6,174 nt of DNA from assembly GCF_004376175.1 (NCBI RefSeq), contig NZ_SNUY01000108.1:1-6174 (forward strand), read 5' to 3'. This stretch comes from Halalkalibacterium halodurans (GTDB lineage: Bacteria > Bacillota > Bacilli > Bacillales > Bacillaceae_D). Within the stretch, counting starts at the first letter, position 1. Each line of letters opens with the position of its first letter. The notes under the pieces are model-generated. The model ran no database searches, was not told the DNA's origin, and saw nothing but the letters and a program-made list of their open reading frames with translations. Made by a program: the position numbers and the translations under genes. Shown one piece after another: positions 1-6,040 of this stretch.

Positions 1-58
1 TATACACTTCGCCCTTGACAGAACCTTCTGAAACTTTTTGTGTAGTCACCAAGGCTGC

Positions 59-349
59 TTAAGGTCTAATATATTGGCAATTCCAAAGGAAACCCTGCGA
101 GCTTACACAAAATTCTTGACGGTACCTTTCTCTTAATAATTTTGTATCTTCCTTTTGAATTCTAAATCCCTGTAAAGTGTTTGATAAACTAACAAGCAAA
201 CCTTCGCCTTCTGTCTCCCCACCTAAACTTAAATGATAGTGTGCGGAGGATTTATCTTTAAAGTTTACTGTCAAATCAAACTCCGCTATGTAATTTAACA
301 TACCTTCCATTTTCTGAGCATTTTCAATTGCTTCTATAAAAGTTTTCAT
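59..349 (-). CDS. Hypothetical protein as called by the ORF track; probably the C-terminal part of the split lipoprotein gene 59-533
   Basis: 96-aa ORF MKTFIEAIENAQKMEG...YHLSLGGETEGEGLLVSL... The composition in the first ~75 aa looks protein-like. There is no SD before ATG 349 (GCAAGCAGGATG). The frame stays open for 26 codons upstream. I cannot assign a family with confidence. Confidence 0.4.
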   Translation of the reverse strand: MKTFIEAIENAQKMEGMLNYIAEFDLTVNFKDKSSAHYHLSLGGETEGEGLLVSLSNTLQGFRIQKEDTKLLRERYRQEFCVSSQGFLWNCQYIRP

Positions 350-533
350 CCTGCTTGCATCTGTGAACTGTTTCGATTTTAATGAAATGTCTTTAGAGTC
401 CCACTCCGGATGTGAATTAAGGGATACTTATAACATCTTTATCGTAAAAAGGGATGCCCTTTTGTGTTTTCTCACTGCAACCCACAACAAAAGTTAAAAT
501 AATTACAACATATAATAAAAAACACTTCCTCAA
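59..533 (-). pseudogene. Probable frameshift-disrupted small lipoprotein gene (or sequencing indel)
   Basis: A strong SD (GAGGGAGGGG, plus 539-548) lies 7 nt before TTG at 533. This opens a 38-codon ORF (417-533): MRKCFLLYVVIILTFVVGCSEKTQKGIPFYDKDVISIP*. That is a textbook lipoprotein signal peptide with lipobox VVGC. The ORF stops at TAA 417-419. The +1-shifted frame is open from 427 downward (SLNSHPEWDSKDISLKSKQFTDASR) and runs straight into the 96-aa track ORF (ATG 349), which has no SD of its own. The two frames overlap only in GTATCCCT (420-427). A single-base indel there would restore one lipoprotein of about 160 aa. Confidence 0.45.
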
Positions 534-586
534 TTACACCCCTCCCTCACGTATCCCATTTCAACAACCTTGCAAAATCTCCATCT

Positions 587-595
587 ATTTTAACA
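587..595 (-). promoter_or_regulatory. Putative extended -10 promoter element (TGtTAAAAT) for the downstream small lipoprotein gene
   Basis: The minus strand reads TATGTTAAAATAGATGG, which is a TG-n-TAAAAT extended -10. It lies about 50 nt upstream of the TTG start at 533 and downstream of the 658-706 terminator. No good -35 is present (GAAAGA at 17 bp). Confidence 0.3.
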
Positions 596-657
596 TAAAA
601 TTACATTTGTCTTTCTTAATCAATAAGACTGTTACTATAATAGTTGATCAAACCTGT

Positions 658-706
658 AATAAAAAGCGAAAAAGGGATAAATGACTGTTTGCCTCATTTA
701 CCCCTT
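658..706 (-). terminator. Rho-independent terminator closing the resA...lipoprotein cluster
   Basis: It starts 22 nt after the stop at 729-731. On the minus strand the stem is AAGGGGTAAATGA - loop GGCAAACAG - TCATTTATCCCTT, which is 13 bp with one mismatch (plus 672-706). It is followed by TTTCGCTTTTTATT (plus 658-671). Confidence 0.6.
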
Positions 707-728
707 ACTGTTTTATTGATTAACCTTT

Positions 729-1631
729 TTAATTCTTTCTACTTCCTTCCTCTGCCAATACTTCCCACGTTTTCCCAAAGTCCTTTGTCTCATAAATACT
801 TTGTTTCATTGATCCGAGTACTAACATTTCATCATCTGTTGGATGGTTACTAATATACATAATGTAATCATCGTCTACCTTAAAATTCAGAGATGCCCAT
901 GTTTCTCCAAAGTCTGCACTTAAATACAAGCCTTCCTTTTCTCCAAAGAGATAGGCTACTAAATCTTCTGAATCAGAATCAAGAGTTTGGAAAGAACTTG
1001 CGCTAAGATTATTTTCTTTTAAAGCCCACGTTTGACCACCGTCAGATGATTCATACAGTCCTGTCTCAGTTCCAGCTAGTAAGTAATCAGGAGATTGCGG
1101 ATGAGACGTTAATGAAAGAACCGAAGCTACAGGTCCTGGTAATCCTGTAGTATCAACCATCTCCCATTCATAACCTCCATTGTTTGACCGATATAGGTTT
1201 GAGTTGTATACATCAATTCCATACATAAATTCTTGGTTTCCTTCATTTACATGTAAAAGATGAAAATCAACTTCCTCATAAAGTGCAATTGGTTCCCATG
1301 TTTCCCCAGAATCATGACTAATAATGACCCCTAATGGATCAACATAGTCAGATCGAGCACCAGGATGTCCACTTGAGATCATCAAGTCCTCATCTATAAT
1401 TGTATAACCCATGAAATCATGCTGATGTTCTGGATCCCCAACTAATTCCCAACTGTCTTCGTTTAAATTAATTAAGCCCATATGTGTAGCTAGAAAAATA
1501 CTCTCGTCATGTTGTGAGTATTCTAATCCATGAATATGCATAAACGAGTCGATCTGATCTGTGTCATTTGAGCATGCTGATATAACAAATAGAGATAGAG
1601 TAATTATACTAGCCATTAATCCTTTTTTCAT
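729..1631 (-). CDS. Lipoprotein, BNR/Asp-box repeat beta-propeller (Ycf48/sialidase-like fold), His/Met-rich N-terminal blades; function unknown
   Basis: 300-aa ORF. The signal peptide has a lipobox (MKKGLMASIITLSLFVISAC, Cys20). There are five S/T-x-D-x-G-x-T/E-W Asp-box motifs at a regular spacing of about 44 aa: SHDSGETW (105), SNNGGYEW (149), SSDGGQTW (195), SADFGETW (238) and TKDFGKTW (282). The N-terminal blades are degenerate and carry FMHIHGL, ATHMGL and PEHQHDFMG. The SD AAAGGGGA lies 8-9 nt upstream of ATG 1631. Confidence 0.85.
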   Translation of the reverse strand: MKKGLMASIITLSLFVISACSNDTDQIDSFMHIHGLEYSQHDESIFLATHMGLINLNEDSWELVGDPEHQHDFMGYTIIDEDLMISSGHPGARSDYVDPLGVIISHDSGETWEPIALYEEVDFHLLHVNEGNQEFMYGIDVYNSNLYRSNNGGYEWEMVDTTGLPGPVASVLSLTSHPQSPDYLLAGTETGLYESSDGGQTWALKENNLSASSFQTLDSDSEDLVAYLFGEKEGLYLSADFGETWASLNFKVDDDYIMYISNHPTDDEMLVLGSMKQSIYETKDFGKTWEVLAEEGSRKN

Positions 1632-1680
1632 TGAACTAATCCCCTTTAAATGTGGTTTCTTTTTGTTGAAAATTTGCTCA

Positions 1681-1709
1681 CTCTATCGTTAAAACCTTCT
1701 ACGATAGAG
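1681..1709 (-). other. Intergenic perfect 9-bp stem-loop between the SHOCT gene and the propeller lipoprotein gene
   Basis: Stem arms are CTCTATCGT (1681-1689) and ACGATAGAG (1701-1709), with an 11-nt loop. Two further pairs are possible after a 1-nt mismatch (1678-1679 with 1711-1712). On the minus strand it is followed by TGAGCAAATTTTC, so only a weak and displaced U-tract is present. It may be a leaky terminator or a processing/stability element. No convincing promoter lies between it and ATG 1631. Confidence 0.35.
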
Positions 1710-1718
1710 CGACAACTT

Positions 1719-1928
1719 TTATTTTAACATGTTCTTTCTCTTTAAAAATTCTTCTTCTGAGATTTCACCGGTTGCGAAACGTTCCTCCAAAATGGCATAG
1801 GGAGACTTCGCTTTACTTTCCAATCGAAACAAAAGCCTTAGTATTAAATAAATGATTAAAAGCAGAGCAAGTGCAACAAATCCCATTTTTAAGATATACG
1901 ACATCATTTCAGCTGAATCTCCAAACAT
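1719..1928 (-). CDS. Small single-pass membrane protein with C-terminal SHOCT domain
   Basis: The track ORF is 80 aa (1719-1961). A near-perfect SD (AAAGGAGGAG, plus 1934-1943) sits 7 nt before the internal ATG at 1928, giving a 69-aa product MFGDSAEMMSYILKMGFVALALLLIIYLILRLLF...AILEERFATGEISEEEFLKRKNMLK. It has one TM helix followed by the G-x-I-[ST]-x-E-E-F-x-x-[KR]-K signature typical of SHOCT domains. The revised start also removes the 20-nt overlap with ccdA. Confidence 0.75.
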   Translation of the reverse strand: MFGDSAEMMSYILKMGFVALALLLIIYLILRLLFRLESKAKSPYAILEERFATGEISEEEFLKRKNMLK

Positions 1929-1941
1929 ACGATCTCCTCCT

Positions 1942-2652
1942 TTAAAAGCCCATAAAACCATTAAAAATATTATTTACTAAATAAGAGGTAATTCTAGTTA
2001 TCCAATCAAAATATAAAAATACACCAAATATGATCATTAAAATTCCACCAAATTTCATAATGAGATTTGTATATTTTTTAATCCAATTCATTCTTCCAAT
2101 AAAGAATGTCATCAAAAAGAACGGTATTGCAAACCCAATACTATAAGCACTCATATAAAGCATCCCGGAACCCGGGTTGGTCATACTTAAAGTAATAACG
2201 GAAGCTAAAATTGGTCCAATGCAAGGAGTCCATCCAGCAGCAAATGCAATGCCAATTACATAGGTGCCAATATACCCGCTAGGTTTATTGGAAAATTGGA
2301 ATTGATGATTTTTCATTAGAAACGAAGGTCGGATTACTCCTAGAGTTACCAATCCAAACAAAATAATAAAAATGGCCCCTAGCTGTCTAATGAGATTATT
2401 GTATTTCAAGAATAGGTCTCCTACTAATGTTGTGGACATTCCTAGCACAACAAAAATAGTAGAAAACCCTAAAATAAAGATGAACGTGTGTAACATAGCT
2501 CTTGGAGGTAAAAAACGACCTTTTTTCTTCATCTCATCCACCGTCATCCCGGTTATATAGGATAGAAAGGCTGGATATAAGGGAAGATTGCAGGGGGAAA
2601 TAAAAGATAAAACCCCCGCTCCAAAAGCCAATAATATAGTTAAATCTGCCAT
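1942..2652 (-). CDS. ccdA: Cytochrome c biogenesis thiol-disulfide transporter CcdA (DsbD transmembrane-domain family)
   Basis: 236-aa protein with about 6 TM segments. It has the two hallmark Pro-Cys motifs SFISPCNLPLYPAF (Cys21) and AAGWTPCIGPILA. The sequence looks very close to Bacillus CcdA as I remember it. The SD AAGGAG lies 6 nt upstream of ATG 2652. Only 12 nt separate the resC stop from this ATG. Confidence 0.92.
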   Translation of the reverse strand: MADLTILLAFGAGVLSFISPCNLPLYPAFLSYITGMTVDEMKKKGRFLPPRAMLHTFIFILGFSTIFVVLGMSTTLVGDLFLKYNNLIRQLGAIFIILFGLVTLGVIRPSFLMKNHQFQFSNKPSGYIGTYVIGIAFAAGWTPCIGPILASVITLSMTNPGSGMLYMSAYSIGFAIPFFLMTFFIGRMNWIKKYTNLIMKFGGILMIIFGVFLYFDWITRITSYLVNNIFNGFMGF

Positions 2653-2664
2653 AACAATCTCCTT

Positions 2665-3861
2665 TTAAGCGTAAGAATGTAATCCTGCGATGACCAAATT
2701 AATAAATAGCAAGTTAAACATGATGATCCCAAAACCAATCACTAAGAGCCATGCGGATTTCTCACCATGCCACCCCCTTGATAGTCTTAAGTGTAAATAA
2801 GCAGCATAAAAAAGAAACGTTATAAGAGCCCAAACTTCTTTTGGATCCCAACCCCAAAATCGTGTCCAAGCGATTTGAGCCCAAATCATGGCAAATATTA
2901 ATCCACCTAAAGTAAAGACTGGAAACCCAATAATAATCGATCTGTAACTAACTTCATCAAAAAGTTGTGGACTAACGTTTTTCAAGATAGGTTGTATCGC
3001 AGCTGCAATCCGACTTCTTAGAATGAAACGTAATAGAAGATAAAGAATACTTCCTGAAAGGATTGACCATAAAAACGTATTAAACTTTCTTGGAGACTCC
3101 ACTCCGTTCATCCAGCCGGGTGTTTCAAATAATGGGCCAAATCGGTTTTGATCAGCTGTTATTAATTCACCTTCATAAGGACCTACAATAGCCGGTAATT
3201 CATATTCAAGCTGTGCCTCCACTTCCCATTCATTTATCCAATTAAAAGTGACAGAATAATTATTTAATGAAAACACTCCCACCGTTATTGCAATGGCCAC
3301 AGCACACGTAACCGAATAAATAACAGCCTCAAGCCAAAATGTTTGTTTTGAGCGCTTACTTTGGTCAACGACACGTATAAGGTAGATTAAACCTGCAATA
3401 AATCCAACCCCTAGAATCCCTTGACCAATAGCAGTGGTTATCACATGAATATGAAGCCAGTAAGTTTGCAAGGCAGGTATTAAAGGCGTAACTTCGCTTG
3501 GAAATACTGATGCATAGGCAATGATCACAATTCCAACAGGCATTGAGAAAATACCTAATACCGGCTTCTTATAAATAAGATAAAGAATGAGAAACGCAAA
3601 AATAATGGTTAATCCTAAGAACGTGGTATATTCAAACATATTACTTACCGGGGCATGTCCAGCCGCAATCCACCTAGTGACAAAATACCCTAGTTGTGCT
3701 AAAAATCCTGCACACGCCAGACCAAAGCTGATCCATCCCCACCTCTTCGTTTTATTAACTGATTTACTATTTTCATAATAGATCGTAATAGAGAAAGCAA
3801 TTGTCGCGAAAATGTAGATAAAAAACGCCGCGAGCAATAGATTACTACTTAGTTCGACCAT
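2665..3861 (-). CDS. resC: Cytochrome c biogenesis protein ResC (CcsA family haem exporter/ligation subunit)
   Basis: 398-aa polytopic membrane protein. It carries the Trp-rich haem-handling motif WTRFWGWDPKEVWALITF (W336-W344). Conserved His are present (AAGHAPVSNMFEYTTFLG, YWLHIHV, AGLHSYA). The SD GGGAG lies 9 nt upstream of ATG 3861. There are 21 nt after the resB stop. Confidence 0.92.
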   Translation of the reverse strand: MVELSSNLLLAAFFIYIFATIAFSITIYYENSKSVNKTKRWGWISFGLACAGFLAQLGYFVTRWIAAGHAPVSNMFEYTTFLGLTIIFAFLILYLIYKKPVLGIFSMPVGIVIIAYASVFPSEVTPLIPALQTYWLHIHVITTAIGQGILGVGFIAGLIYLIRVVDQSKRSKQTFWLEAVIYSVTCAVAIAITVGVFSLNNYSVTFNWINEWEVEAQLEYELPAIVGPYEGELITADQNRFGPLFETPGWMNGVESPRKFNTFLWSILSGSILYLLLRFILRSRIAAAIQPILKNVSPQLFDEVSYRSIIIGFPVFTLGGLIFAMIWAQIAWTRFWGWDPKEVWALITFLFYAAYLHLRLSRGWHGEKSAWLLVIGFGIIMFNLLFINLVIAGLHSYA

Positions 3862-3882
3862 ATTGTAACACTCCCAACCTAC

Positions 3883-5490
3883 TTATTTGTCTTCTGTCCT
3901 ATCGACCGGCTGTTCGAGCTCTGCCTCTTTTGCCACTTCAGCCATTTCACGTTTAAAAGCATACCAATTCTTATTCGTATGGCCTGCCATCATTACTTTC
4001 CCATTCTCTTCTTGTATCCAAATTCTCCGGTGAGTCCAATAGCTTCCCTGGACTAATCCGATCATAAAAATGAATCCACCTATAACTAAAATGGGTAAAG
4101 TATAGTCTTTTCGAACAATCAGCGCAGATACATGTTTTGTCTCTAGATCAGATAATCGAATTGAATAAACATTCTCATTTGTAGGATCAAAATTACGTCC
4201 AATGGTTAAAAAACTTACTTCTTTTTTTTCTTGATTTGGACTATTCACTTCAAAGATAAAGGCTGGATTATCAGGAATCCTTGATTTGGTACTTGGAATT
4301 CCATCATTATTTAAATAATAGTCTGGTAGATAATCTTGTAATTTAACGTAGTAGTCGTTAGGAAGATCATATTGTTGTTCAGGATAAAATAGATCAACTG
4401 TAAACTCTCCAATCGTTTCACCTGTTTCATCATGTTCAACTGCAAACATCATCTTATTTAACTCATGGAGTTTGTAATCAACTTGGTATAGACCAAATCC
4501 ATCAAATTTAAAGGGATCATTCACCCTGATTTGGTACGTATCCACTTCTTGCAGATCGCGCTGTGAACCTACTGGACCGTCATCGTTTCGTTGGTACAGT
4601 GTCACGTTTGTTTGATAGGTTTTAACAACAACTCCCCCTGCTCTATCAATCGCCGTTTGGAAGAGCTCGTCATTTTCATCGTATAATTCAACAATAAACT
4701 GATGATTTTCCAGATAGTATTCTCCATTTGTTCCTGGGATTACCTCCGTATCCCCTTCTCGAACCCAAAGGTGGTGATCAACAAACATTCCCGGAAAAAA
4801 GCGTAGCATCCCACCAATTAAGAAAATAATGAGACCAATATGGTTTATATAAGGTCCCCATCTAGCAAATCGGCCTTTTTCAGCTAAAATAGAGGTTCCA
4901 TCTGTTCTAACGTTGTATTTCTTTCCCTTTAAACTACTCAACCATTTCTCTTTATTTGGCGCTATATCTAGTTGTGTTTCACTTACTAGACGCTGTTTCT
5001 TCATAAAATTGATGTGTTTATGGACACGTTGGTGTTTTAAGGAACGATATAAGGGAAAAAAACGATCCACGCTAGCAATGATAAGTGAAACGGTCAATGC
5101 AGCCATTAATAATAAATACCACCAAGATTGATACAGGTTATGAAAACCTAATTCATAATACACTTGTCCGAGAAACCCATATTGATCTTGATAGTACTCT
5201 GCCGGATTAACGGTTGGTGGTATATACATTTCCTGTGGAAGAATGGTCCCCAATGATGACGCTAGCAACAAAATGACAATAATCCAAATCCCTACTTTTA
5301 CTGAGGAGAAAAAATTCCATATTTGATCAACTATCGTTTTATTGTAGGTTTGCGAACGTCTTGCCGCTCCCTCATAACGCATATTTAAAACTTGCTGGTT
5401 ATTACTCGCGACTAACGGTTTGCCGCATCCTCCACATAAGTCTGTTCCTTGAGGGTTTTGCTGTCCACAAGAACAGCTAAGGTTATTCAT
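3883..5490 (-). CDS. resB: Cytochrome c biogenesis protein ResB (System II, CcsB-like haem handling)
   Basis: Large ORF with the ResB-type layout. A short cytoplasmic N-terminus (CxC-x10-CxxC) is followed by the conserved block LNMRYEGAARRSQTYNKTIVDQIWNFFSSVKVGIWIIV. TM segments flank a large soluble extracytoplasmic domain, and there is a C-terminal TM (LPILVIGGFIFMIGLV). I place the start at ATG 5490 (MNNLSCSCG...) because AGGAG lies 8 nt upstream. The track start at 5499 is a GTG with no usable spacer to that SD. If GTG 5499 is used, the ORF overlaps the resA stop by 4 nt. Confidence 0.9.
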   Translation of the reverse strand: MNNLSCSCGQQNPQGTDLCGGCGKPLVASNNQQVLNMRYEGAARRSQTYNKTIVDQIWNFFSSVKVGIWIIVILLLASSLGTILPQEMYIPPTVNPAEYYQDQYGFLGQVYYELGFHNLYQSWWYLLLMAALTVSLIIASVDRFFPLYRSLKHQRVHKHINFMKKQRLVSETQLDIAPNKEKWLSSLKGKKYNVRTDGTSILAEKGRFARWGPYINHIGLIIFLIGGMLRFFPGMFVDHHLWVREGDTEVIPGTNGEYYLENHQFIVELYDENDELFQTAIDRAGGVVVKTYQTNVTLYQRNDDGPVGSQRDLQEVDTYQIRVNDPFKFDGFGLYQVDYKLHELNKMMFAVEHDETGETIGEFTVDLFYPEQQYDLPNDYYVKLQDYLPDYYLNNDGIPSTKSRIPDNPAFIFEVNSPNQEKKEVSFLTIGRNFDPTNENVYSIRLSDLETKHVSALIVRKDYTLPILVIGGFIFMIGLVQGSYWTHRRIWIQEENGKVMMAGHTNKNWYAFKREMAEVAKEAELEQPVDRTEDK

Positions 5491-5495
5491 TTCAA

Positions 5496-6026
5496 TCACT
5501 CCTGCGGTTTAATACTTTCCATATACTGTGCGATCGCTTGCTCTGACATGCCTCCTGTAATGATGTTAATGATTTCCCCTTCCGCATTGATTAGAAATGT
5601 AGTCGGAAGTGGAATAACACCATAACGGTCTAATACTTGTTGTCCTTTATCCATAGGAATTGGGAACGTTAAGTTTAGTCTTTCTACAAAGCGCTGAACG
5701 GTTAATTCGGGTTCACCTACATTTACAGCAAGGATTTCAACTCCCTGGTCTTTATATATCGCATATTGATTCTCCATATACGGCATCTCACGCTCACATG
5801 GTGGACAATATGTACCCCAGAAATTTAAAAACACTCCTTGCCCCCGGTAATCTTCAAGCTCCACTTCATTGCCATCAAGATCAGTAAGAACAAAATTTGG
5901 TGCTTCATCGCCTATCCGAACAGCTGCATCCGCATCTGAAAAGAAATTAGAATAGAATGTATACCCGATCGCGACTGCCATGATGAGCAAGGTCACTGTT
6001 CGTATAAATAATCGTCTAGTTTTCAT
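5496..6026 (-). CDS. resA: Membrane-anchored thiol-disulfide oxidoreductase ResA (TlpA/thioredoxin-like, cytochrome c maturation)
   Basis: 176-aa ORF. The N-terminus has a basic stretch plus a hydrophobic anchor (MKTRRLFIRTVTLLIMAVAIGYTF). The thioredoxin-fold active-site block is FWGTYCPPCEREMPYM, with Cys74, Cys77 and Glu80. The cis-Pro region is GVIPLPTTFLI. A strong SD (AAAGGAGG, plus 6031-6040) ends 6 nt before ATG 6026. It sits immediately upstream of resB and resC. The stop TGA (5496-5498) lies 5 nt before the resB ATG. Confidence 0.88.
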   Translation of the reverse strand: MKTRRLFIRTVTLLIMAVAIGYTFYSNFFSDADAAVRIGDEAPNFVLTDLDGNEVELEDYRGQGVFLNFWGTYCPPCEREMPYMENQYAIYKDQGVEILAVNVGEPELTVQRFVERLNLTFPIPMDKGQQVLDRYGVIPLPTTFLINAEGEIINIITGGMSEQAIAQYMESIKPQE

Positions 6027-6030
6027 AGAA

Positions 6031-6040
6031 CTCCTCCTTT
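6031..6040 (-). promoter_or_regulatory. Shine-Dalgarno site of resA (AAAGGAGGAG)
   Basis: The minus strand reads AAAGGAGGAGTTCTATG. The GGAGG core is followed by a 6-nt spacer and then the resA ATG at 6026. Confidence 0.8.

Noticed and set aside
1-58. Minus-strand frame stays open after the TAA at 59-61 (AALVTTQKVSEGSVKGEVY...), with in-frame TTG/GTG at 52-47
   Set aside because: Nineteen stop-free codons are not significant in isolation, and no SD precedes the TTG/GTG. It could be a continuation of the damaged lipoprotein gene or the start of the next gene. This cannot be decided from the window.
417-427. Programmed +1 frameshift at ATC CCT TAA, analogous to the prfB shift at a stop codon
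   Set aside because: After a +1 slip the P-site tRNA-Pro would have to re-pair on CTT, which does not fit. There is also no SD-like stimulator at the right distance. A mutational or sequencing indel is more parsimonious.
446-463. Short hairpin AAAAGGG-cat-CCCTTTT followed by T-rich sequence, resembling a bidirectional terminator
   Set aside because: It has only 3 G:C pairs and a 3-nt loop. It also lies inside the reading frame of the signal-peptide ORF (CAA AAG GGC ATC CCT TTT TAC). The shared 10-mer AAAAAGGGAT with the real terminator at 669-678 is most simply a coincidence.
454-684. Plus-strand 76-aa ORF (MPFCVFSLQPTT...)
   Set aside because: It is antisense to the signal-peptide ORF, promoter and terminator region. 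The sequence is low-complexity and AT-driven. The G-rich stretch directly abuts the ATG with no spacer, and there are no recognisable motifs.
644-853. Plus-strand 69-aa ORF
   Set aside because: It spans the terminator hairpin and runs antisense into the 3' end of the propeller lipoprotein gene. It looks like a shadow ORF with no SD.
1929-1961. N-terminal extension (MVLWAFKGGDR) of the 80-aa SHOCT ORF
   Set aside because: The extension contains the gene's own strong SD (AAAGGAGG) and overlaps the ccdA 3' end. The ATG at 1928 is correctly spaced from that SD.
2372-2560. Plus-strand 62-aa ORF inside ccdA
   Set aside because: It is an antisense shadow of a well-supported membrane-protein gene, with no SD or motif.
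3587-3778. Plus-strand 63-aa ORF inside resC
   Set aside because: It is an antisense shadow of resC with no independent support.
4913-5131. Plus-strand 72-aa ORF inside resB
   Set aside because: It is an antisense shadow of resB with no independent support.
5491-5499. GTG start for resB overlapping the resA stop (GTGA)
   Set aside because: It is possible. However, the only SD (AGGAG) directly abuts this GTG, whereas it is 8 nt from ATG 5490. I kept it as the alternative start.
5660-5887. Plus-strand 75-aa ORF inside resA
   Set aside because: It is an antisense shadow of resA with no independent support.
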